NCBI GenBank assembly: GCA_002633005.1
Contig: NMRA01000453.1
Span: 62,001 to 126,000 of the forward strand
Direction: 5' to 3'
Length of the DNA: 64,000 bases
From: Phoronis australis
Taxonomy: Eukaryota > Animalia > Phoronida
The position numbers were made by a program, and so were the translations under genes. The stretch's first letter is position 1. The number at the start of each line of letters is the position of its first letter. Under the pieces are notes generated by a model. That model searched no databases. It had not been told where the DNA came from and saw only the letters and a program-made list of their open reading frames with translations. Of this stretch, positions 13,810 to 25,987 are shown piece after piece.

Positions 13810-14099
13810 TGACTGAATGTGTGACTTGATGTGTGACTTACTGTGTAACTGAATGTGTGACAGAATGTGTGGCTGAATGTGTGCCTGAATGCGTGACTGA
13901 ATGCGCGACTGAATGCGTGACTGAATGCGTGACAGAATGTGTGGCTGAATGTGTGCCTGAANTGTGTGACTGAATGCGTGGCTGAATACGTGGCTGAATG
14001 CGTGACTGAATGCGTGACTGAATGCGTGACTGAATACGTGGCTGAATGCGTGACTGAATGCGTGACTGAATGTGTGACTGAATGTGTGACTGAATGCTG
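13810..14099 (+). repeat. 12-bp minisatellite (GTGACTGAATG[C/T])n, about 24 units
   Basis: Directly visible tandem array. Confidence 0.95.
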
Positions 14100-15718
14100 A
14101 AGCTATTCTCATTACAGATACATTTCAGCACCTTCTAGAATACACGTATCACATATCTGAAATTCGGAAAATACGTTTGGCACTGAATCGTTATAGGAAA
14201 TTTTTTCATTCTGTGACTACAAAGACTGTTCAATTGAAATGTCAAACAGAACGTCTGGGGCATCTTTTGCCAGTGAGTTATTTTCAGTTTCTCTATTTTG
14301 ATGCCATATTTTGCAAAAGCTGCAAAGGCCTATGCGCAACGGGCCATGGCTACCCTGATAATCCACTGTTATCAAAATTCCAGTATAACCTGTGTGGAAT
14401 GTAAAATAACTGTTGCCAATTAAGTCATCTACACTTATCGCTAACAGACTATTAGTTCCTTAATAGATCAAAGGGCATGCAATGAGCGGTCTGAATCAAA
14501 ATTTGTTTTTTCAACAGAGCGTAGATTTATGGCTGCTGTAATAATTTCATGGACATCTGAAAATCTTAATTCATAATTTACTGCAACTCTCAAATACTAT
14601 CAGAAGTAATACCTAACGAAAGGTTACCAAGGTTACAAAGCACATTATCTAGACCTTGAAAGACTCTAAGGTCAAACGTGCTGCAAACTAATGATAAATG
14701 ATGTACTACTAAGTAATTATGTCTATACAACTAGAATCTTAAACAAGTCAAAAATTAGAAGACATCAGTAATTTTATAACAGAAGCATCAAGGCAGGCGA
14801 ATGTGGGTTGTATATTTGCTTTCAATCGCAGTCTGTTTCTGTCTAAACAATGCCAGAATCGCTGAGAAGGAGGACAAAACGGAACATACCATAATAAGTT
14901 AGTCAGCGAGAGTAAAAAAATTAGTTGTTAAATTACGATCATTTTTTAGAAAATTGTGCTGAAATCCCAGGGCGAAATCTCGCCGACAAATGAGTTGCTG
15001 CCGCGGTCTCGCAATCGTCGATAGGGCTTGAATTCTTGAATAAGAATACAGTTTCGACTCAACAAATTACCTAAAATCCTCCTCAAGTTTTTCATATAGC
15101 GTGTCTAAGATTTTTAAGTTCTTGTTGAGTCTGGATTAACTGCAGATTAAGTCCAAATCTGCGCTAGATTGTAGCCCGTAACACGAGAATAATATCTGGA
15201 GGAACACACATGTTGTTGTCACGTGACTTTTGTTTTGAAGTTTGTGTGCGTGTGTGTGAGAGTAAGCGTGCGTGTGCTTGTCATCAGAGTTCATTTGCCA
15301 GAGTAAATGCGATATAATGATCTAGGTGTGCATTGCAACCAAAGAAATTAACTCAAGCAGTCAAGCAGAGCGTGTTTTAATATTTAGCACTCGCAGGCCT
15401 CATCTGATAAAAAACGTTCGAGAATTGTTTCGGTAAGACCGATATGTCACTCATTGAGTCGCCGGGTGAGTGGATGCGTGACCGTAGTGTAACAACTATT
15501 TTCCGGAAGATTCGGGGTGTAAGGGTGCGAATGTGTTCACTATCAGCGGGTCATTTTGACTTTAAAAACACCAACTATGATTAGTTAAATAATTTCACTT
15601 AAAAATAATGCTAGAAACTTTCGGAAATTAGTGTCAATATTTATTTCTTGCCGATGCTATGTTACCCGTTTCATGAATAGATAGTTCCCGACTAAATGTC
15701 TTCGATGACAGCCGGTAC

Positions 15719-17690
15719 CATAGACATCTTAATAGAAGATGTCTATAGACTCTATTCACACGGCGGACATTAAAATCCAGAGCGAGGCTCACTGCGATAA
15801 ACAAAGCGGAAATTTACATTGCATTGAGTTAAATGGCCGGTCTTTGGAGTCCAACCTGAATATTAAATCTTAAAAAATGTGTCAATAATTAACCACCGAG
15901 ACCATGCGTAGAAAAATACAGTTAAGAACAAGTCAAGGCACCAAAGAGTTATCTAACGAAAGGATATAGGTTTTTTTCCGGAAAACTAGGTTCGAAACAT
16001 GAAAAGTAAACATGACCAAATTGCGGCGGTCGTAGTGTTACGGATTAGGTATCAGGCTGAATGCAGGGTTACGTTTCTTCTAATAAATTCTTGATAAAAA
16101 TGCTTTCTACAAAAACCAGGTCGTCTGGTCGTATTGTTGACGAGTTGAAGATATATTCGACAGTGGTGGCTCATAGCATTTTGCTGTCGTGTGCAATTAG
16201 TCTCGTCTGGTTTAATTTGTTGATCAAGAATAGGCCTATTAGCTTCAAGCATAGCCTAGGTCCTGGTGAGGTAGGCACTACCGGGACTAACAGTTGATTT
16301 GTCATTGATCTGAAATAATACTTGATGTTACTAAATATATATTTTGATTACGATAAAAACTAGGCTCGCAATTGAAAATAAAAATAATATGACCATCAAT
16401 TCTGCTTCCTGGGTTTTAATAATTACGTCTATTTCATGTGTTATATTTTCCAAATATCAATCTCGACCCAGTTGAATTTTAAAATTAAAACACCTATATA
16501 ATTCTTTCGTCCAAAGCATAACCTCGTTTTAGAGCTCAATTTCAGTTAACTGGACAGAACACAGTGGCGGATTTAGAGGGGAGCCAAGGGGCTATGCCCC
16601 AGCCCCCCAAAATTCTCCCAGATTCCATTTGGCAGTTCAGGAGCGCGAATTTCTGACGGGCAAAATCCTGGCTAATACTCTGCCTTGCCCCCCAACTCAA
16701 AGTCCTGCATAGTTATCATACTTCTTCAGAGGCCTCGTTCATATCCGAGGGGAAAGGTGCCTCATCGGCGGCCATCTGAGAGGGGAACGTTTCGACGAGT
16801 GACGGGTCAGTGAAAACTCTACTGACCTCCCGATCACCATCCATAGCACCCCGCCCTTTTGCAAGCTCTCATAGCTCTGTCTCAAGTAGCATTTTCAGTG
16901 GCTGATCTAGGATACCATATAAGCCCGCTAGTGAGGGGGGGGCGACATCCTCGGAGAAACGGGCAAAGCGCGATTGTATGCACGCAGGCGGCCCGGAAGT
17001 TGCGGGCGCCGAGGATGTATACCTTCTGCTCAGGAAATCTGTCGTTGGACTAAAAAAAAAAATAAAACGGAACGTGTTTTCCCCCCTCGTCCGCTACCGG
17101 TCCTAGCTCGAACTTACTACAAGTTTCCTCCCCGTCGCTTCACGTTTTGCTGGTTTATTTTGCTTGCGGTAGTTAAGGCTATGCTTTTGTACTTTTTCAA
17201 ATTGTCACCTCTGTGGTCACAGGAGATTTGAACCGTTGGAGAGAAATTTTCAATCACAAAGGGGATTTTTAGGCCTCGTGGCCGAGAATTTCGCGTGCTT
17301 TTTCAATATTTTTGAGAGGGGAATAGGGCCGATATTTGGCCCCAAAATTGAGGGATTGAGGGCCCTGTCCTTTTTGTAAATAAAAATGCATCGCGCTTCA
17401 ACCCATAGTCATGAAAACACAGCCTGGCTGGCCGAAGATTCTCCGGTCCTCGTTGGCGGCATCCACTCCGAGATGCGACAAATTATGATTTGAAAACAGT
17501 TATAAATTTTATACGGCGTATGGCAAGGACCCAACGCTTCCGAATCCCAACGTCCTTAGGGATTGTAAAACAGACTTTTTTCTAGCTGTTCGAGCAACGC
17601 GGAGTACAACTACGCGGATAAGCTACCTGAGCTATCGTAGCGAGCCTCGTTTTGGAACGCGCCTCCTGTCGGCGTAAAATAGGGTCTATG
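15719..17690. mobile_element. Composite: 29-bp CATAGAC hairpin with 8-bp TSD, split by a 1.94-kb TIR element (15747-17687)
   Basis: GCCGGTAC at 15711-15718 and 17691-17698; inner TIR AGAC(T/C)CTATT with apparent AT duplication. Confidence 0.75.
16563..16708 (+). mobile_element. hAT-like MITE (CAGTGGCGGATTT terminus)
   Basis: Homologous to 55273-55590 (AAATTCTCCCAGAT.CCATTTGGCAGTTC). Confidence 0.6.
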
Positions 17691-18481
17691 GCCGGTACAT
17701 TATGCAGCGCGCGCTTCTTAGGCGCGTGCTAACACTGGTCGAGGTTTTTTATTAGTCTTCGATTCACGGTTTTCAGGTGTACAAAGAAGTTTGGATTCCT
17801 GTTGAGGCCGGAGAAGATCTGTACCGCTGACAAGTACGCTGCGTCTGTTTTCAAAGTCCAGACCATAGTGGGGCACATCCTTTACAAGAGCAGCAAAACT
17901 TTTGCTTTCTTTTTGAATCGCGGCGTAAGTTTGAAGTGTACACGGACATAACCGTGTGGCTCGTGGTCTACAAATTCAGGCATTTTTCGCATGTAGTTCA
18001 TGGGCTGGGCGCTTACTTTAGCGAAGTCTGAAAACGCGTGGGGGCACTTATTGGGGCATTGGCGCTTATTAGGGCGAATAGCGGCAGAATTACATACACA
18101 CAAATCACACGTCGTGCAACCCAATCGGCCATTCCACATAGGTTAATCAATCCCGATAGCCTTTGCGCACCATAATTTCCGGACATGCGCAATCGTTAAA
18201 TCGATTCGGTTGCAACTCCGCTATTAGGTGGCTAACGGTCGTCTCAGGTCGTTAAGTAACCACCATTCTCCTTGGTTAACGTCTGCCTAACATGGTTTCC
18301 ACTAACCAATGAAAAGCATGATAAAGCGTTCCTACAGTGGATTTTTGCACTTATCGAGATTTTAATCCATATATAATAATTTTATGACATAAAATCTAAT
18401 TGAAGAAACACTTGTTAAGGGAAATAATTGACCTCCGTGAGTTTTAAAGAGAACAATCAAACACAAAATATAACTTAACCT

Positions 18482-18930
18482 TCACGGAACCAGAATCACA
18501 ACACAAGCAACGTCTTTCACGCACATGAGTGTTTACATAACGACCAGTTTCCAAGTGCAGTGGGAGATTTCCTGCTCTATACTAAGCCAAAAGAGATGGC
18601 CCTGAACGGGATAAATTAAGCTTCACATACGGTTTATTTAAAAACTCGTGTTTAAATAAAATGTAGGTTCTTAACTTGGGTTTTGTTAGAACAGACTCAG
18701 CCCAAACATGTTTCGAGTATTCAAATAGTTTGTTTCTAGCACCTACTATGTTACAAATACTCGAACAGGATTGCATGCCAGTTGTGTTAAACAAATTTTT
18801 TATTCCGTCTATCCAACCATTTCTACCAACAGAATAGTCCCATACAAATACCTTCTTCAGTAACCTATCACCACCTATGGTCACTAGTTTGTGCCAAAGA
18901 CGCAACATATTCAATTTAAATCTATATGTA
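18482..18930 (-). mobile_element. Degraded non-LTR retrotransposon ORF2 C-terminus (RTEX-like)
   Basis: RLWHKL...KPKLRTYILFK...PY...LLA*YRAGNLPLHLETGRY...ERRCLCCD; in-frame stop. Confidence 0.75.
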
Positions 18931-20018
18931 GTGTGCACAAGTCAAATTTGATATTTGTGGTTACGTAATACACCACACATGTTCACTATTTAACAGATGA
19001 AATGTTTTGTTTAGTTTCTAGGCGAAGTACTTACTCTGAACGCAAAGGTGGTACTTTGCATTTTAATAATTACTGTTATATTGGAAATGTTTTTTCCTAG
19101 AAATAAGCGGGCCCCTGTACACTAATACTATTTCACAAACTTGCTCATTAGGTCTCTCATAAACAAACTAAAGATACTGGGAATTTCAAGTAAAAGAGAA
19201 TGTTTTTTTTGCAAACTAGCGGTGTTTTCTAACATTCTAGGAATCCCAAATACAGTTTGCAGTTTGCGGTAGTGAAAAAGTGTCACATTTGACTCTGACT
19301 GCGGAGAGCAAAAAAACTTCGAGTTTTGTACAGCTGATTTCGAGAACACCAAAAGGTCGACTCTAGGGTCACCGACTCAGATCTTGAAAAAATTTGTATG
19401 GCATACATCCTGGTGGAATATATTCAAAATGCTTATTTGAAATCTTTGGACCATTATTTTTTTAAGTTAGAGCATCATGGATATTTTGGTTCAAAAAGGT
19501 TCAGATAGTGAAGTTGTTTTAAAACGGCTTAAAAGAACGGAAAAGAAAAATCTTTATAATGTTTATGTTGACATTGAACCTCTCTATCAGAAGACAACCT
19601 TTGTATATTCAAATACGTTTCCGTTAACCTTCACAAGAGTGCCTAAATTTGGTAAATTTTGACCAGTTTTGTGTATCTGATTTTTAACCATTTTTGAGGT
19701 GCTCTGGGAGCGGTTTGAAGGGTGCTGGTGATTTGCAACGATACTTTTCATCAGTTTGGTGTCTGACTAAGAATATAAACAAATAAAAATGGGCATTTTG
19801 TTTGTTTTCAAGACATACCATCGCGTATTTTACGGTGCCTGACTACGGGCAGTATGTAGCTGTTTCTCATAAATCTCATAAAGGGGGCTTCATTAATTTT
19901 TGAAAATATGGTGATCAAATCAGTCGACGTCAATGCTTAGACACTTTGACTACTGCTTGGACCCTGGCGACAGTTTCTATAACTAGAATTCTTTGTTGAA
20001 ATTTCATGAAACGATAGG

Positions 20019-20821
20019 GGATTGTTCTAAGGCCCCCTCGACCACCACGACCCCCACATCCCACGACCCCCTCGACCCACTACCCACTCGACCCACGACC
20101 ACCACGACCCCCGGCCCACAGCGCCCTCGACCAAATGTACACAAGCTCGACTCGAACTGAACATAAGCTCTGACTTGCAAGACCAACGAGTCGGGCCGTG
20201 AGTTCGACTAACTTTTCTCTGTTTTTTGTATTCAAGAGAGTCGATTCGGCAAGTTTGAAAGCCAAGAACAGAAAAGAAAAACAACGCAACCAAATCAAAT
20301 CAAATTAAAGACCTATCAATATTACAAATAATATGTAGCCGTCTCGTCTGTTCTTCACGATTTTTTGGGAGAGTTCGAGGAACATAAAATACAGTTTAAG
20401 AATCAAACTGTTAACTAAAAAGTACCTGAAAGTTACATGAAGTATATTGTAAACGAGTACACAACAGAAAAAAAAATAAAATGTGAAAATAAGTCCATTC
20501 ACGTGAACTTAACCTTAGTGGAACATGGCTATCTGTAGCCGCTCGTGGAACTATTTTCGTGGCAACGATAGCGCAATCACAATTTATTATTTCATATCAT
20601 GTTCTTACGCCACTTTCTCTTTTTAACCACCAGACGTGAGCCACAGCAGATTCACGTGTAGGTAAGTATCATGGGAGTCATTCAGTGACGTAATAAGATT
20701 ACGAAATGTATGAAAAGCGCAAAATATATGGAATGGCACAGGTTGTGGTTCGAGGGGGTCGTTGGTCGAGGGGGTGTGTGGTGTGTGGGTCAAGGGGGTT
20801 GAGGGGGTCTTAGAACAATCC
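20019..20821. mobile_element. MULE-like foldback MITE with subterminal (CCCCTCGACCA..) repeats
   Basis: 25-bp TIR GGATTGTTCTAAG(G/A)CCCCCTC(G/A)ACC; imperfect 9-bp TSD AACGATAGG / AACGATGGC. Confidence 0.75.
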
Positions 20822-23135
20822 AACGATGGCACATGCATGTTTGAGAACGATGTTTCGAGATTAATCTAATTTTGTTACGATATTTTGTTTTCTGCCTACT
20901 ATTGTACCTGAGGATGACTTTTGATTAATATCGAAACGTCGTTTACACGCTGCACTCTTGCGTGGTTTTTGTTTTCCACGTCTTACTTCTAAATCGGCCA
21001 AAATTAATATTATTTACATGCATGTTCTCGAATGAATCTAAACTGTGCTGCCACACCAGTGACAGTTTTAGGACTTTGAAAACGGTTCATACGTCTATCC
21101 TGTCCCCCAGACAACTGCTATCTGGTGCCCTGGTAACGTCCGCCATATTACGTGATAATAATTACATAGCATTTATAAAGTCACTTTAATCTGAGTTTTG
21201 TCATTTTTACAAGATGCTAATCGTTTAACCGATTCCACCCACATCTGATTTTGTCACTTGTTGTCACACTCACATACATGTAAGAGATAAAAATGACATC
21301 TCTTAAAACTTGGACGCGCGGGTTTCAAAATTTTCTCTGTAGCTAAGGCTTACACGTAGCAATGTGATCTCAGTACAAATTAATACGCAAAGTGATCCAA
21401 ACAACCTTTTGATACAGTAAGGAACTTAGAATGTACTCTGGGAACTTTCAGCAATACAGTCTGAACCATGCTCACTTAAGTATGAAAGACATGTATAATT
21501 GTTACCATGGCGACAGAGTACCATAAAAGCGTAACTCCTTAAACTATAATTTGACAAACATGATAAATAATATGAAGGTATGAGGCAGAAGAATTCGAGT
21601 AAGCCTCACACTTCATAATACAAATTTAACTCATTTCTGTAAATCATGTAAGATTTTTCACACATTGTTGCTTTGATATATATCGATATAGGAAGTAACA
21701 AGTTACAAAATATGAATCAAAAGTGCATTTTATGCATAGAATTTAGAAAAAGTATGTGTCCTTGAGAGAAGTTGACTTTCAAACAAAAAATGATTTCAAC
21801 AGAATTTAGCAGAGTGCAAGGTCAACTGATTGGGCATTTCACTTTGAAATAATTAGAGGATTGATTTCATAATGAATATGGCACAAGCACAGGAAAACTG
21901 CACAAAACTGCTTTTTGTGACAGTGCGTCTGCAAATGTATTATACTTAAAGGAGAATGCCACCCCAAAACAACCTGCTTTGTATCAGTTTAGACCGAGTA
22001 GTTCCACTCGATAACAGCAAGTACAGTCCTGTTACCTGACACTGTTGTGTTCGTAGAACCAGTAAAACAACACAGATGAGAGTAAAATAAAATACGTTTA
22101 TTCACTTGGAGAACTAATGCAACAAGGGGATGAGCACGTGGCTTGTGGGCATAAATACCACGGGACTATATTCTAAGGAAAACCACAAGTACAGTAGCAT
22201 TGCCAATACACAACAGACACCTGACGGCAGACGGAGGTGTTGAAATTAACCTATGACGTCAGAGGTTCGAACGCAGTCTGTTCAGCAGTTCACAACACGC
22301 TTACAGGTGTCAGCTTTTCGCTTGAATTCGTCGTTTTACACCAACAAATCATAAGAATCCGATGTGAAACCCTTACAAATAGATCGCGTTATTGAAAAAC
22401 GTGTTGTTTTATTTCGCTGTTACGGATTTTTAGGTATTTGAATGTACCGTAGCCTACAGAGTTCGGTAGGCCAATTTACCAAGGTCTGTCGCGGGAATTT
22501 GGGGTTCGGTGATAAATTCGAATTATTCGACCGTGAAATACTGACAGGAGAACATAACGGTGTGTTGTAAGTTTAGACTTGCGATTTTTGCAGTTCTAAA
22601 CACACAAAACGCGTGCGATCCCGGCTAGTGGCTCGAAACCCGATCATGTCCATCGCGGACCGACTGAAAACATCACGAACATAAACCAGCCAAAGTTGGA
22701 AACTAAACTTCCAGTCACGAAAAGGCTATACTAGTCAGCCAAAGAAATAACGTGAATGGGAATGTTTGGTGAATTAGCAGCAAAATTGCAAATCTACTTA
22801 CTAACTCTTCGGCGGCCGGCCGCGAAGTCAGGTTACCCTTCCACGGAACCGCCATGGCAAAAGTTGTACAGCAACAATGATTGGAATAACGCATATGAAT
22901 ATCTAAATGAAGATTCCCCTAACATCTGATCATAGCGTATAAAATCATATATTGTTTCACCACAGCTTTCTGTCAGCAAACACTGAATTAGCATGCGCTC
23001 ACACGGTCTCGGTGTCCAGTCAATTAGTTTATTGCATCTAAAGCCGGTAACGCAATGATTTATTAATTACTGGCTTCTCAAAACATTTGAACTCAACACT
23101 CCAAGGCATTAAAAGTTTTATCTAATGAGAGAGAC

Positions 23136-23376
23136 CAGAGGCGGATTTACAGGGGGGGTTCAGGGGGTTTAAACCCCCCCCCTCGGGACAGGATCAAAAA
23201 TAAAAACTGGAAAAAAAATCGCCAGAAAAACGAAATTAGGTACTAAAAATCCCAAAAAATCTTACACGGGAGGAGGGAAACCCTCTCGCGACCTTCCTTC
23301 TCCTCGGCGCTACGCGCCTCGGATTCTTTCGAATCCTAACCCCCCCCCCCTTACTGAAATCGTAGATCTGCCACTG
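23136..23376. mobile_element. hAT-like MITE nested in Kolobok copy 2
   Basis: TIR CAG(A/T)GGC(G/A)GAT(T/C)TAC; 5-bp TSD GAGAC; absent from the homologous site in copy 3. Confidence 0.85.
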
Positions 23377-23583
23377 GAGACTTTGTTTCAGTTTCATGTA
23401 AGCATTGGTTAGAGTGAAAATAAGTCATTTTGAAACAGAACGTACAATAACAAACGTCAACGTCGGTGGCAACTCGCAATCCCGACTTAGACGGGTGCTC
23501 ATCCGACGAAGTTCAAACCGGAATAAGCTCCGTGAACGTGCACAGATAATGGAACACATGGATAGTCCCGAAAACCGTTTGAA

Positions 23584-23811
23584 TTGATGACTTGTCATGG
23601 CGTCACGACGATGGAATCGACTGACACTTGCGTTTGCTGCCACGAAATTCCGCAAGTGAAACGCCTTCTTGGAGAAAAACAAATGCGTCTCACGGACCAT
23701 CCTGACATTTCATCGCTTCTAAGCAGAGGTGTGCTTACGTGTTTTTGGCGAAAACATCCTACACCCAGTGGACCAAACAGAAGGTTGACGAATGAGTCAG
23801 TCATCAAACAG
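23584..23811 (+). pseudogene. KolX / P2X7 C-terminal-ballast-like Cys-rich relic
   Basis: CHGVTTMESTDTCVCCHEIPQV...LTDHPDI...VL resembles the CxxM..ECxCCxE...CITxH pattern; the N-terminal GYQFE(P)EYT motif is seen in copies 1 and 3. Confidence 0.6.
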
Positions 23812-25987
23812 GTAATGTATGTTTTCATGGCCAACTACAATTATACATAATCAAAAACTAATCAACAACCGAACCGCGTTTCTTTGTCTCCTGCCTGTCG
23901 AACGCAAACATACTAGGCACAAACATCTGACTCCAGCCTCAGTCTCTTTTCTCTGCCCTGGCATGAGCTGTTTGTAAGCCGGCATTCGATCGTCAGTGAA
24001 ATCACCGTCGGCAAACTGCGGGCCACTGACATACGCGGCCTCATATTTGGTATTAACGGCCTAGTTTTCATTCTTCACTACCGCGAGCCACTTCCGAAGC
24101 ATTATGGGCTCTCGAGGAAATCGAAAAACGATATACCCGCTTTCTTCGCAGCTGCATAGTTCGCACAAGCGGAAACGATATACCACACCATAGCGGCACT
24201 CACTCTGCAGAAGAACCACTGACGTCGCTGTGTCGTTTCTCACCTTCCTCACAGGATAACGCGACACCTCTCGGCGTATACGAGGTTACGTGGATATAGA
24301 CCGATAAAGACAGTAAAACAGACTAATTAAATCGGGTGGCATTCTCCTTTAAATCTTCACAGATGGCAACGTAGCCGTTTGAACATGCCTTTCAGTTCAG
24401 AAAAGTCGCCATGTTGTCCAACGTGAATCGTGAGCACTTAAGCCACTCAATAAGTTACATCTGCGTGATTAAATTCTCGTGTAAACTATTGGATTGTACG
24501 AAATGTGTCGTAACCTTTGCAGTTGAAATCCAAGATGGCCGACCCGATAAAAGTGAGTCAAAATTTGACACATAAATAGCGATAACTTTTGTTTCTGTGT
24601 TTCAGACATCGATGTCTTTCCTGTGATCTAGGCTTTTGTCCTCAAAATGAAAAAATAATTGTCCGTTCGTCCGCTTCATATAGTCTCGGACCCTTTATTC
24701 AAAGGTAGGTAATGTTTATATTGAATAAAAGCTAAATCGCCTCAAATTAGTGCCGTATCGGAATATTTCATTAAAAAAGTTCATGAATTATTCATGTCAG
24801 CCTAAAAGTTGTTGGGTATTGGCACAAGGCAAATATGTCATCACCCGTCCCTGCGTAACCTCTGACCCAGGGTCAGTTATGAACGCCCAAGTTGTGAAAT
24901 GGTGTATGGATATGCCAGGCAGCATTGAGGTCTCTAAAATGTTGATTCTCTTTAATTGTTTCTTTTTGAAACCATTTTAAATGCAACGAAGTCACAAAAC
25001 ATATTCATTTAAAAAGTGTAGAATACGCAATATTGGGTCCTTTGTTAGAACAAAAAATGAAAAAATCCCATTCGAAAGACTTTTAAAAATTTGTTCACAT
25101 GTCCAAGATCTATCAATAAACATATCTTTTATTGTCCACAGCCCCGCAAACTGGCTTGTAGAAGCATTTGAGTGACACCCACTTTCGGCAATAGTTTAAT
25201 ATAATGTGCCTGCATTTTGAGAACCAGTTTAATGCCCGTTATCTAGTGGGGAAAACTGGTTCTCAAAATTCGGGCTCGTTATATCAGACCATTACCCACT
25301 ACAAAAAGTGCCTCCACATTTATCTCTCCTGTCACGTCGTGAATGCAGCGAAATTATCAGTATCAATATTAATTGGTAGTCCTTATGTACTCATTGCATG
25401 CAATCTACCTGTTTTATATATTGAAAAATTGCTGTTTTCATTATGCAAAAAGTGTAATTTTTTCGTGAATCTTTGAAGTCCTACAGGTAAAAATTGGCAG
25501 GTCAACAAGCCCAAAATTGGTGATTTTTTGTATCAGAGCCACACCACGATCACATACACAAAGTTTAAGCTGAAACGGTAAGATGAGCCCTAGAGTGTGG
25601 TGTTTTTTACTTCTTTTGATTTTCTAGTGGACTGGCTCTCCAGTCTATCATGGCATCAAAAGTTATTAGCACCGGTCACGGAGTAAAACGTGAGAATTGG
25701 CGAGGATGCCAGGAGTTTACTGACCACCACAAGGTATGATAAAGTGGACTGTTGAAATAAGCGGCTCACTATAGTGAGAAGATGACAACTAATGGACTTG
25801 ATGTCCCTCGGAGAAGAAATGGTATGCAGGGACGATCTTAGACAATTTGAGGAGCAAAGAACAAGTTGATACCCGTGGTGTGCAAGCCCGCGAGGCTGAG
25901 TCAAAGGGAGAAGGCATGCCCGTGGGGTTGAAGAAAGAGGTTGCAGCTGAGGGTAACCGTACAAAACCAGCTGGTGGTGTTCAATGA

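Larger units (their letters stand above)
21950..24348. mobile_element. Kolobok-like non-autonomous DNA transposon, copy 2 (complete ends)
   Basis: Perfect 15-bp TIR AGGAGAATGCCACCC; TTAA on both sides (21946-21949, 24349-24352); THAP relic on minus strand, Cys-rich relic on plus strand. Confidence 0.9.

Noticed and set aside
13810-14099. Possible CRISPR array or repeat protein
   Set aside because: Contiguous 12-bp units with no unique spacers, eukaryotic context and no cas genes.
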